This document shows, one piece after another, positions 22,826-35,297 of a stretch of 64,000 bases of DNA. The stretch covers positions 24,552,001 to 24,616,000 of the forward strand of contig OZ024764.1 of the NCBI GenBank assembly GCA_964016885.1. The letters are read 5' to 3'. The notes under the pieces are model-generated. The model was not told where the DNA came from. It was given only the letters and a program-made list of their open reading frames with translations, and made no database searches. A program made the position numbers and the translations under genes. The stretch is from Eledone cirrhosa. Its lineage: Eukaryota. Each line of letters begins with the position of its first letter. Positions within the stretch are counted from its first letter, which is position 1.

Positions 22826-25800
22826 TGTTGGTACCACAAAACACCCAGTCCACACTGTAAAATGGTCATGTAGGTGTCACAACAAAAAGTACCCAGTCCA
22901 CACTGTAAAGTGGTCGTGTAGGTGTCACAACAAAAAGTACCCAGACCACACTGTAAAGTGGTCGTGTAGGTGTCACAACAAAAAGTACCCAGTCCACACT
23001 GTAAAGTAGTCATGTAGGTGTCACAACAAAAAGTACCCAGTCCACACTGTAAAGTGGTCGTGTAGGTGTCACAACAAAAGTACCCAGTCCACACTGTAAA
23101 GTGGTCATGTAGGTGTCACAACAAAAAGTACCCAGTCCACACTGTAAAGTAGTCATGTAGGTGTCACAACAAAAAGTACCCAGTCCACACTGTAAAGTAG
23201 TCATGTAGGTGTCACAACAAAAAGTACCCAGACCACACTGTAAAGTGATCATGTAGGAGTCACAACAAAAGCACCCAGTCCACACTGTAAAGTGGTCATG
23301 TAGGTGTCACAACAAAAGTACCCAGTCCACACTGTAAAGTAGTCATGTAGGTGTCACAACAAAAGTACCCCGTCCACACTGTAAAATGGTCATGTAGGTG
23401 TCACAACAAAAAGTACCCAGTACACACTGTAAAGTGGTCATGTAGGTGACACAACAAAAAGTACCCAGTCCACACTGTAAAGTACTCATGTAGGTGTGAC
23501 AACAAAAGTACCCAGTCCACACTGTAAAGTGGTCATGTAGGTGTCACAACAAAAAGTACCCAGCCCACACTGTAAAGTGGTCATATAGGTGTCACAACAG
23601 AAAGTACCCAGTCCACACTGTAAAGTGATCATGTAGGTGTCACAACAAACAGTACCCAGTACACACTGTAAAGTGGTTATGTAGGTGTCACAACAAAAAG
23701 TACCCAGTCCACACTGTAAAGTGATCATGTAGGTGTCACAACAAACAGTACCCAGTACACACTGTAAAGTGGTTATGTAGGTGTCACAACAGAAAGTACC
23801 CAGTCCACACTGTAAAGTGATCATGTAGGTGTCACAACAAACAGTACCCAGTACACACTGTAAAGTGGTTATGTAGGTGTCACAACAAATAGCACCCAGT
23901 CCACACTGTAAAGTACTCATGTAGGTGTCACAACAAAAAGTACCCAGTCCACACTGTAAAGTGGTCATGTAGGTGTCACAACAAAAAGTACCCAGTCCAC
24001 ACTATAAAGTGGTCAAGTAGGTGTCATGACAAAAAGTGTCCAGTCCACACTGTAAAGTGGTCATGTAGGTGTCACAACAAAAAGTACCCAGTCCACACTG
24101 TAAAGTGGTCATGTAGGTGTCACAATAAAAAGTACCCAGTCCACACTGTAAAGTGGTCATGTAGGTGTCACAACAAAAAGTACCCAGTCCACACTATAAA
24201 GTGGTCAAGTAGGTGTCATGACAAAAAGTGTCCAGTCCACACTGTAAAGTGGTCATGTAGGTGTCACAACAAAAAGTACCCAGTCCACACTATAAAGTGG
24301 TCAAGTAGGTGTCATGACAAAAAGTGTCCAGTCCACACTGTAAAGTGGTCATGTAGGTGTCACAACAAAAAGTACCCAGTCCACACTGTAAAGTGGTCAT
24401 GTAGGTGTCACAACAAAAGTACCCAGTCCACACTGTAAAGTAGTCATGTAGGTGTCACAACAAAAAGTGTCCAGTCCACACTGTAAAGTGGTCATGTAGG
24501 TGTCACAATAAAAAGTACCCAGTCCACACTGTAAAGTGGTCATGTAGCTGTCACAAAAAAAAGTACCCAGTCCACACTGTAAAGTGGTCATGTAGGTGTC
24601 ACGACAAAAAGTGTCCAGTCCACACTGTAAAGTAGTCATGTAGGTGTCACAACAAAAGTACCCAGTCCACACTGTAAAGTGGTCATGTAGGAGTCACAAC
24701 AAAAGCACCCAGTCCACACTGTAAAGTGGTCATGTAGGTGTCACAACAAAAGTACCCAGTCCACACTGTAAATTAGTCATGTAGGTGTCACAACAAAAGT
24801 ACCCAGTCCACACTGTAAAGTGGTCATGTAGGTGTCACAACAAAAAAGTACCCAGTACACACAGTAAAGTAGTCATGTAGGTGTCACAACAAAAGTACCC
24901 AGTCCACACTGTAAAGTGGTCATGTAGGTGACACAACAAAAGCACCCAGTCCACACTGTAAAGTGGTCATGTAGGTGTCACAACAAAAGTACCCAGTCCA
25001 CACTGTAAATTAGTCATGTAGGTGTCACAACAAAAGTACCCAGTCCACACTGTAAAGTGGTCATGTAGGTGTCACAACAAAAAAGTACCCAGTACACACT
25101 GTAAAGTAGTCATGTAGGTGTCACAACAAAAGTACCCAGTCCACACTGTAAAGTGGTCATGTAGGTGACACAACAAAAAGTACCCAGTCCACACTGTAAC
25201 GTACTCATGTAGGTGTCACAACAAAAAGTACCCAGTCCACATTGTAAAGTGGTCATGTAGGTGTCACAACAAAAAGTACCCAGTCCACACTGTAAAGTGG
25301 TCATGTAGGTGTCACAACAAAAAGTACCCAGTCCACACTGTAAAGTGGTCATATAGGTGTCGCAACAAAAAGTACCCAGTCCACACTGTAAAGTGGTCAA
25401 GTAGGTGTCACGACAAAAAGTATCCAGTCCACACTGGAAAGTGATCATGTAGGAGTCACAACAAAAGCACCCAGTCCACACTGTAAAGTGGTCATGTAGG
25501 TGTCACAACAAAAGTACCCAGTCCACACTGTAAAGTAGTCATGTAGGTGTCACAACAAAAGTACCCCGTCCACACTGTAAAATGGTCATGTAGGTGTCAC
25601 AACAAAAAGTACCCAGTACACACTGTAAAGTGGTCATGTAGGTGTCACAACAAAAGTACCCAGTCCACACTGTAAATTAGTCATGTAGGTGTCACAACAA
25701 AAGTACCCAGTCCACACTGTAAAGTGGTCATGTAGGTGTCACAACAAAAAAGTACCCAGTACACACTGTAAAGTAGTCATGTAGGTGTCACAACAAAAGT

Positions 25801-28800
25801 ACCCAGTCCACACTGTAAAGTGGTCATGTAGGTGACACAACAAAAAGTACCCAGTCCACACTGTAACGTACTCATGTAGGTGTCACAACAAAAAGTACCC
25901 AGTCCACATTGTAAAGTGGTCATGTAGGTGTCACAACAAAAAGTACCCAGTCCACACTGTAAAGTGGTCATGTAGGTGTCACAACAAAAAGTACCCAGTC
26001 CACACTGTAAAGTGGTCATATAGGTGTCGCAACAAAAAGTACCCAGTCCACACTGTAAAGTGGTCAAGTAGGTGTCACGACAAAAAGTATCCAGTCCACA
26101 CTGTAAAGTAGTCATGTAGGTGTGACAACAAAAGTACCCAGTCCACACTGTAAAGTGATCATGTAGGAGTCACAACAAAAGCACCCAGTCCACACTGTAA
26201 AGTGGTCATGTAGGTGTCACAACAAAAGTACCCAGTCCACACTGTAAAGTAGTCATGTAGGTGTCACAACAAAAGTACCCCGTCCACACTGTAAAATGGT
26301 CATGTAGGTGTCACAACAAAAAGTACCCAGTACACACTGTAAAGTGGTCATGTAGGTGACACAACAAAAAGTACCCAGTCCACACTGTAAAGTACTCATG
26401 TAGGTGTGACAACAAAAGTACCCAGTCCACACTGTAAAGTGGTCATGTAGGTGTCACAACAAAAAGTACCCAGCCCACACTGTAAAGTGGTCATATAGGT
26501 GTCACAACAGAAAGTACCCAGTCCACACTGTAAAGTGATCATGTAGGTGTCACAACAAACAGTACCCAGTACACACTGTAAAGTGGTTATGTAGGTGTCA
26601 CAACAAAAAGTACCCAGTCCACACTGTAAAGTGATCATGTAGGTGTCACAACAAACAGTACCCAGTACACACTGTAAAGTGGTTATGTAGGTGTCACAAC
26701 AGAAAGTACCCAGTCCACACTGTAAAGTGATCATGTAGGTGTCACAACAAACAGTACCCAGTACACACTGTAAAGTGGTTATGTAGGTGTCACAACAAAT
26801 AGCACCCAGTCCACACTGTAAAGTACTCATGTAGGTGTCACAACAAAAAGTACCCAGTCCACACTGTAAAGTGGTCATGTAGGTGTCACAACAAAAGTAC
26901 CCAGTCCACACTGTAAAGTGGTCATGTAGGTGTCACAACAAAAAGTACCCAGTACACACTGTAAAGTGGTCATGTAGGTGTCACAACAAAAGTACCCAGT
27001 CCACACTGTAAAGTGATCATGTAGGTGTCACAACAGAAAGTACCCAGTCCACACTGTAAAGTGATCATGTAGGTGTCACAACAAACAGTACCCAGTACAC
27101 ACTGTAAAGTGGTTATGTAGGTGTCACAACAAATAGCACCCAGTCCACACTGTAAAGTACTCATGTAGGTGTCACAACAAAAAGTACCCAGTCCACACTG
27201 TAAAGTGGTCATGTAGGTGTCACAACAAAAAGTACCCAGTCCACACTATAAAGTGGTCAAGTAGGTGTCATGACAAAAAGTGTCCAGTCCACACTGTAAA
27301 GTGGTCATGTAGGTGTCACAACAAAAAGTACCCAGTCCACACTGTAAAGTGGTCATGTAGGTGTCACAATAAAAAGTACCCAGTCCACACTGTAAAGTGG
27401 TCATGTAGGTGTCACAACAAAAAGTACCCAGTCCACACTATAAAGTGGTCAAGTAGGTGTCATGACAAAAAGTGTCCAGTCCACACTGTAAAGTGGTCAT
27501 GTAGGTGTCACAACAAAAAGTACCCAGTCCACACTATAAAGTGGTCAAGTAGGTGTCATGACAAAAAGTGTCCAGTCCACACTGTAAAGTGGTCATGTAG
27601 GTGTCACAACAAAAAGTACCCAGTCCACACTGTAAAGTGGTCATGTAGGTGTCACAACAAAAGTACCCAGTCCACACTGTAAAGTAGTCATGTAGGTGTC
27701 ACAACAAAAAGTGTCCAGTCCACACTGTAAAGTGGTCATGTAGGTGTCACAATAAAAAGTACCCAGTCCACACTGTAAAGTGGTCATGTAGCTGTCACAA
27801 AAAAAAGTACCCAGTCCACACTGTAAAGTGGTCATGTAGGTGTCACGACAAAAAGTGTCCAGTCCACACTGTAAAGTAGTCATGTAGGTGTCACAACAAA
27901 AGTACCCAGTCCACACTGTAAAGTGGTCATGTAGGAGTCACAACAAAAGCACCCAGTCCACACTGTAAAGTGGTCATGTAGGTGTCACAACAAAAGTACC
28001 CAGTCCACACTGTAAATTAGTCATGTAGGTGTCACAACAAAAGTACCCAGTCCACACTGTAAAGTGGTCATGTAGGTGTCACAACAAAAAAGTACCCAGT
28101 ACACACAGTAAAGTAGTCATGTAGGTGTCACAACAAAAGTACCCAGTCCACACTGTAAAGTGGTCATGTAGGTGACACAACAAAAGCACCCAGTCCACAC
28201 TGTAAAGTGGTCATGTAGGTGTCACAACAAAAGTACCCAGTCCACACTGTAAATTAGTCATGTAGGTGTCACAACAAAAGTACCCAGTCCACACTGTAAA
28301 GTGGTCATGTAGGTGTCACAACAAAAAAGTACCCAGTACACACTGTAAAGTAGTCATGTAGGTGTCACAACAAAAGTACCCAGTCCACACTGTAAAGTGG
28401 TCATGTAGGTGACACAACAAAAAGTACCCAGTCCACACTGTAACGTACTCATGTAGGTGTCACAACAAAAAGTACCCAGTCCACATTGTAAAGTGGTCAT
28501 GTAGGTGTCACAACAAAAAGTACCCAGTCCACACTGTAAAGTGGTCATGTAGGTGTCACAACAAAAAGTACCCAGTCCACACTGTAAAGTGGTCATATAG
28601 GTGTCGCAACAAAAAGTACCCAGTCCACACTGTAAAGTGGTCAAGTAGGTGTCACGACAAAAAGTATCCAGTCCACACTGGAAAGTGATCATGTAGGAGT
28701 CACAACAAAAGCACCCAGTCCACACTGTAAAGTGGTCATGTAGGTGTCACAACAAAAGTACCCAGTCCACACTGTAAAGTAGTCATGTAGGTGTCACAAC

Positions 28801-30447
28801 AAAAGTACCCCGTCCACACTGTAAAATGGTCATGTAGGTGTCACAACAAAAAGTACCCAGTACACACTGTAAAGTGGTCATGTAGGTGTCACAACAAAAG
28901 TACCCAGTCCACACTGTAAATTAGTCATGTAGGTGTCACAACAAAAGTACCCAGTCCACACTGTAAAGTGGTCATGTAGGTGTCACAACAAAAAAGTACC
29001 CAGTACACACTGTAAAGTAGTCATGTAGGTGTCACAACAAAAGTACCCAGTCCACACTGTAAAGTGGTCATGTAGGTGACACAACAAAAAGTACCCAGTC
29101 CACACTGTAACGTACTCATGTAGGTGTCACAACAAAAAGTACCCAGTCCACATTGTAAAGTGGTCATGTAGGTGTCACAACAAAAAGTACCCAGTCCACA
29201 CTGTAAAGTGGTCATGTAGGTGTCACAACAAAAAGTACCCAGTCCACACTGTAAAGTGGTCATATAGGTGTCGCAACAAAAAGTACCCAGTCCACACTGT
29301 AAAGTGGTCAAGTAGGTGTCACGACAAAAAGTATCCAGTCCACACTGTAAAGTAGTCATGTAGGTGTGACAACAAAAGTACCCAGTCCACACTGTAAAGT
29401 GATCATGTAGGAGTCACAACAAAAGCACCCAGTCCACACTGTAAAGTGGTCATGTAGGTGTCACAACAAAAGTACCCAGTCCACACTGTAAAGTAGTCAT
29501 GTAGGTGTCACAACAAAAGTACCCCGTCCACACTGTAAAATGGTCATGTAGGTGTCACAACAAAAAGTACCCAGTACACACTGTAAAGTGGTCATGTAGG
29601 TGACACAACAAAAAGTACCCAGTCCACACTGTAAAGTACTCATGTAGGTGTGACAACAAAAGTACCCAGTCCACACTGTAAAGTGGTCATGTAGGTGTCA
29701 CAACAAAAAGTACCCAGCCCACACTGTAAAGTGGTCATATAGGTGTCACAACAGAAAGTACCCAGTCCACACTGTAAAGTGATCATGTAGGTGTCACAAC
29801 AAACAGTACCCAGTACACACTGTAAAGTGGTTATGTAGGTGTCACAACAAAAAGTACCCAGTCCACACTGTAAAGTGATCATGTAGGTGTCACAACAAAC
29901 AGTACCCAGTACACACTGTAAAGTGGTTATGTAGGTGTCACAACAGAAAGTACCCAGTCCACACTGTAAAGTGATCATGTAGGTGTCACAACAAACAGTA
30001 CCCAGTACACACTGTAAAGTGGTTATGTAGGTGTCACAACAAATAGCACCCAGTCCACACTGTAAAGTACTCATGTAGGTGTCACAACAAAAAGTACCCA
30101 GTCCACACTGTAAAGTGGTCATGTAGGTGTCACAACAAAAGTACCCAGTCCACACTGTAAAGTGGTCATGTAGGTGTCACAACAAAAAGTACCCAGTACA
30201 CACTGTAAAGTGGTCATGTAGGTGTCACAACAAAAGTACCCAGTCCACACTGTAAAGTGGTCATGTAGGTGTCACAACAAAAAGTACCCAGTCCACATTG
30301 TAAAGTGGTCATGTAGGTGTCACAACAAAAAGTACCCAGTCCACACTGTAAAGTGGTCATGTAGGTGCCACAACAAACAGTACCCAGTCCACACTGTAAA
30401 GTAGTCATGTAGGTGTCACAACAAAAGTACCCAGTCCACACTGTAAA
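22826..30447 (+). repeat. 47-48-bp minisatellite (about 160 copies) with higher-order duplication, running into a SINE/RTE-type tail
   Basis: Unit GTACCCAGTCCACACTGTAAAGTGGTCATGTAGGTGTCACAACAAAAA; continues into TGTAAATGTGGTTGGTGTTAAGAAGGGCATCC...GATGATGAT (to about 30605). Confidence 0.95.
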
Positions 30448-31189
30448 TGTGGTTGGTGTTAAGAAGGGCATCCAAACATAGAAAACCATCCAGAAACAGT
30501 TCTTTATGAGTAAGACACGGTCACACAACCCAACTTGCCTGTAAATGGGACAAACCTGTCTAACCCATGCTAGAGTGGAAGATAGACCCTAAACACTGAT
30601 GATGATAATTATCATCATCGTCATCTTCTTTTTCTGTTTTTTTTCCTTCTTCCTTTTCTTTTTCTTCATCAATTTCTTCTTCTTCTTCTTCTTCTTGGTG
30701 TCCTTATTTCACAGATCACCACGACTTGTTTGGTCTGCCATTATAGGTCTTCTCAGGTGCACTAGGAATCCTCACAATTGCTATACATAGGTTCAATAGG
30801 GTCTACCAACAGTTTGTGTACCTCTGCTTTGGTTCCCACAGAAGAACATTGCTGACAATCTCACCGTCTCCTCTCCAGCAATGTCCAGCGAATATTGTTT
30901 TTTCTCTCATGACATGTCACCATCATCACCATTTAGCGTCCATTTCTCCACACTTGCATGGGTCAGACTGGTTGTCCATGTTGGGAGACTAGTCTGGCCA
31001 GAATTGGCCATGCTGTACCTTGCTCTGACAGGACTGTAAATTTGGCTGGAGATTTTACAGCTGGATGTCCTTCCTACTACCAACCACATTTACAGTGTGG
31101 GACTGGATGGCACTGTTATGAAGAGGGACAGGCCAGATGGCCGCGCCAAACCCCTCACACACTGGAGCCCAGAAGTGGATGGTGCCTCT

Positions 31190-32095
31190 AATGAGGAAGG
31201 ACAGGCCAGTTGGCTGCACCGAACCCCTCTCACAGCAGAACCACAGTCTGGGAGCCCAGAAGTGGATGGTGCCTCTAAATGATGAGGGACAGGCCAGTTG
31301 GCTGCACCGAACCCCTCACACAGCAGAACCACAGTCTGGGAGCCCAGAACTGGGTGGTGCCTCTAAATGATGAGGGACAGGCCAGTTGGCTGCACCGAAC
31401 CCCTCACACAGCAGAACTACAGTCTGGGAGCCCGGAACTGGGTGGTGCCTCTAAATGATGAGGGACAGGCCAGTTGGCTGCACCGAACCCCTCACACAGC
31501 AGAACTACAGTCTGGGAGCCCGGAACTGGGTGGTGCCTCTAAATGATGAGGGACAGGCCAGTTGGCTGCACCGAACCCCTCACACAGCAGAACTACAGTC
31601 TGGGAGCCCGGAACTGGGTGGTGCCTCTAAATGATGAGGGACAGGCCAGTTGGCTGCACCGAACCCCTCACACAGCAGAACTACAGTCTGGGAGCCCGGA
31701 ACTGGGTGGTGCCTCTAAATGATGAGGGACAGGCCAGTTGGCTGCACCGAACCCCTCACACAGCAGAACTACAGTCTGGGAGCCCGGAACTGGGTGGTGC
31801 CTCTAAATGATGAGGGACAGGCCAGTTGGCTGCACCGAACCCCTCACACAGCAGAACTACAGTCTGGGAGCCCGGAACTGGGTGGTGCCTCTAAATGATG
31901 AGGGACAGGCCAGTTGGCTGCACCGAACCCCTCACACAGCAGAACTACAGTCTGGGAGCCCAGAACTGGGTGGTGCCTCTAAATGATGAGGGACAGGCCA
32001 GTTGGCTGCACCGAACCCCTCACACAGCAGAACTACAGTCTGGGAGCCTGGAACTGGGTGGTGCCTCTAAATGATGAGGGACAGGTCAGTTGGCC
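31190..32095 (+). repeat. 88-bp GC-rich minisatellite (about 10 copies)
   Basis: GATGAGGGACAGGCC starts at 31281 and 31369. Confidence 0.95.
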
Positions 32096-32704
32096 ACGCA
32101 TGATATTGGTAGTAAATTTACATAGAGAAGTTCTTCCATAGGGTGTTTACTCCAGATGTCCAGAGCAGCTGGAAGCATTCTTGTATAAGTTCCTGTTGAA
32201 TATCCATACGGCAGTCAGTTTTTTACGACCTCAGAAACTGTTATATAAGTTCAACATCATTTGCTTATATCACACCTCATCAGAGAAAGAAGAAAAATAT
32301 TTGCTGCAGAGCAAAGGATGAGATCGTCTGCCATAACAGAAAACCTGTAATGCTTTAGCAGAGTATATCTAAAATTAGTTTTGTTAATTCAAAAGTTTAT
32401 AATATCTCTATTGATAGACAGATTATTGTGAACATTTACAGTATTAGAGTAAAGACTTTAAATTTTCATAAGATGCAGCCATTTCTTTCTAAATGTTACA
32501 TTTGGGTGGTTGTTATAATTTAGCAGAAAATATGTAAAAACATGTTTGTTAATTCAAATGTTTGTAGTATCTTTTCTAGTGGACATATTGATGAGAATAT
32601 TTGACATACCTTTGGGAAGCAGGGGTATGCAAATGGTCAACAATGAAATAATTTTGGAGAAATTTATGAAGAAATATAAAAAAAATTCTATTTTTCTCAA
32701 AATA

Positions 32705-33085
32705 ATCATCATCGTTTAACGTCCATCTTCCACGCTAGCATGGGTTGGACGGTTTTGTCCCACTTGAGGTGAGATTGGTTGGGAGATTGTGGCAAGTTTT
32801 CTACGGCTGGATGCCCTTCCTAACACCAACCACATTTACAGTGTGGACTGGGAGCCTTTTACCGTGACACCTACACGACCACTTTACAGCGTGGACTGGG
32901 TGCCTTTTGCTGTGTCACCGACAAAACCACATTACAGTGTGGACTGGGAGCCTTTTACCGTGACACCTACATGACCACTTTACAGCGTGGACTGGGTGCC
33001 TTTTGCTGTGTCACCGACAAAACCACATTACAGTGTGGACTGGGTGCCTCTTTACCGTGACACCTACACGACCACTTGACAGTGG
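32705..33085 (-). mobile_element. SINE/RTE-tail repeat with about 5 copies of the 48-bp module in alternating A/B variants
   Basis: (CAT)n-CGTTTAACGTCC...GGATGCCCTTCCTAACACCAACCAC then TTACAGTGTGGACTGGG units. Confidence 0.8.
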
Positions 33086-33448
33086 AAGGAAATGGGAAGA
33101 TGGTGTAGGGTGTATATTGGGTTAAGAGGTGCCTACTGACTAGGTTTAAGTTCATATGTAAGGGAAGGCCGGCCTTCTGTACAACTGCATAGCACCAAAG
33201 ATCTTGATTCAGTGACATTGTCTTAGAGAGGTGTAAGTAAACAAGGTCAGTTTTTATCACCTCGTCCCAGGTTTTACCCAAATAACTATGGTGGTGAGGG
33301 GGAAATTGACTTCTGTAAGCCGAACGTATGTAGCCAACCTGGGAAATACTGGAAAAACAAAAACAATAGTCAAACATAACTGATTTTCTAACGAGAGTAC
33401 GTAATTCTTCATATTTATTGTTTACTAATCTGAATAAGAATAGCAGTA

Positions 33449-33477
33449 ACCCGGGCAACGCCGAGTAATTCAGCTAG
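33449..33477 (+). mobile_element. Helitron-type 3' terminus
   Basis: ACCCGGGCAACGCCGAGT hairpin then CAGCTAG|T, similar to the 3' end of the 1768-5647 Helitron. Confidence 0.6.
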
Positions 33478-33563
33478 TATATAATAAGTCTATACTGTAT
33501 ATATATATGTTACGTCACTGGTGCCAAGCTGTGTCAGCCATTGCCTTTCCCTTGGACAACACC

Positions 33564-34056
33564 ATATATAATGTATATGTAGTGTATATATAGTGTATAT
33601 AATGTATATATAGTGTATATAGAGTATATATAATGTATATATAGTGTATATAGAGTATATATAATGTATATATAGTGTATATAGAGTATATATAATGTAT
33701 ATATAATGTATATATAGTGTATATAGAGTATATATAATGTATATATAGTGTATATAGAGTATATATAATGTATATATAGTGTATATATAGTGTATATAGA
33801 GTATATATAATGTATATATAGTGTATATATCGTGTATATAGAGTATATATAATGTATATATATAGTGTATATATAATGTATATATAGTGTATATAGAGTA
33901 TATATAATGTATATATAGTGTATATAGAGTATATATAATGTATATATATAGTGTATATAGAGTATATATAATGTATATATAGTGTATATAGAGTATATAT
34001 AATGTATATATAGTGTATATAGAGTATATATAATGTATATATAGTGTATATATATA
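33564..34056. repeat. About 30-bp TA-based minisatellite between two copies of a roughly 58-bp direct repeat
   Basis: ATATAATGTATATATAGTGTATATAGAGT units; flanking repeats at about 33506-33563 and 34055-34113. Confidence 0.85.
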
Positions 34057-34288
34057 TGTTACATCACTGGTACCAAGCTGTATCAGCCATTACCTTTCCC
34101 TTGGACAACACCAGTGTAGAGAAGGGGGAGACTGGTATACATGGGTGACTGTTGGTCTTCCAGAAACAACCTTGACCAGACTTATACCTCAGAGGAGAAC
34201 TTTCTAGGTACAAATCTGATGGTCATTGGTAACTGAAGGGGGTTTAACAGTGATGGAGGTGATGGAAGCCATGGTGATAAATAAATAA

Positions 34289-34327
<39 letters not shown>

Positions 34328-34472
34328 ATATTTGACACTAAGTCGGGCAATGCCCTCTACAAGCTCGCCGACAAAGACTGCCTCACTTGTCACCTACCTG
34401 TCACACAGATTCGTTTCCAGGCCTGTAGTGCTGAACAAAGGGATGACTACATGAATATCCTGATTGCTTCCT
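34328..34472 (+). CDS. Internal exon of the WD40 gene (exon B)
   Basis: (CT)n-CAG acceptor, GTGAGT donor; 145 nt; IFDTKSGNALYKLADKDCLTCHLPVTQIRFQACSAEQRDDYMNILIAS plus 1 nt. Confidence 0.9.
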
Positions 34473-34499
34473 GTGAGTAGGGGCTTCGGTTTGTTAGAT

Positions 34500-35075
34500 T
34501 CATCATCATCATCATTGCCATCATCACCACCACCACCACCATCACCGTCGCCACCACCACCATCATCACCACCATCATCAACCACCATCATCATCACCCC
34601 AACACCACCACGCCACCATCACCACCACCATCATCATCAACCACCATCACCACCGTCGCCACCACCGCCATTACCACCACCACACCATCATCATCAACCA
34701 CCACCACCATCACCGTCGCCACCACCACCACCATCACCACCATCGCCACCACCACCATTGCCACCACCACACCACCATCACCACCACCATCATCATCAAC
34801 CACCATCACCACCATCGCCACCACTGCCATTGCCACCACCACACCACCATCATCAACCACCATCACCACCATCGCCACCACCGCCATTGCCACCACCACA
34901 CCACCATCATCATCAACCACCATCACCACCATCGCCACCACCACGACCACCTCCATCACCACCACCTCCACCACCACCACCACCATCAAAAACCACCACC
35001 ATCAAAAACCACCACCACCACCACCACCACCACCATCAAAAACCACCACCACCACCACCACCACCACCTCCACCC
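34500..35075. repeat. (CAC/CAT)n compound microsatellite filling the intron
   Basis: Direct reading. Confidence 0.9.
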
Positions 35076-35087
35076 TCTATATTCCAG

Positions 35088-35277
35088 ATGCCTCAGGGGC
35101 AGTGAAAATCTGGCATTACCCGACAGCTACGTGCCTCCACACAATTGGTGAGGAGCGCCAGACCCTCAGTGTGGAACTCAACCCTGACAAGACTAAACTG
35201 CTCACTATGGGCTCTGATGCACTCATCCATGTCTACGACTTGAACACCAAGAAACTCGTTAACACCTGTGAAGCCAG
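35088..35277 (+). CDS. Internal exon of the WD40 gene (exon C)
   Basis: TTCCAG acceptor, GTAAGT donor; phase matches exon B (T+AT=Tyr); YASGAVKIWHYPTATCLHTIGEERQTLSVELNPDKTKLLTMGSDALIHVYDLNTKKLVNTCEA. Confidence 0.9.
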
Positions 35278-35297
35278 GTAAGTCTCTGCTACAACCA

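Noticed and set aside
17823-30528. Repetitive Tyr/Cys/Thr-rich ORFs
   Set aside because: Translations of the 48-bp and 36-bp satellites
20651-32095. CRISPR-like appearance of the 31-, 48- and 88-bp arrays
   Set aside because: No unique spacers, no cas genes, eukaryotic context
34464-35105. Pro/His-rich extensin-like ORF (and the similar ORF at 61302-62384)
   Set aside because: Microsatellite translation; the first lies in an intron with clear splice sites on both sides
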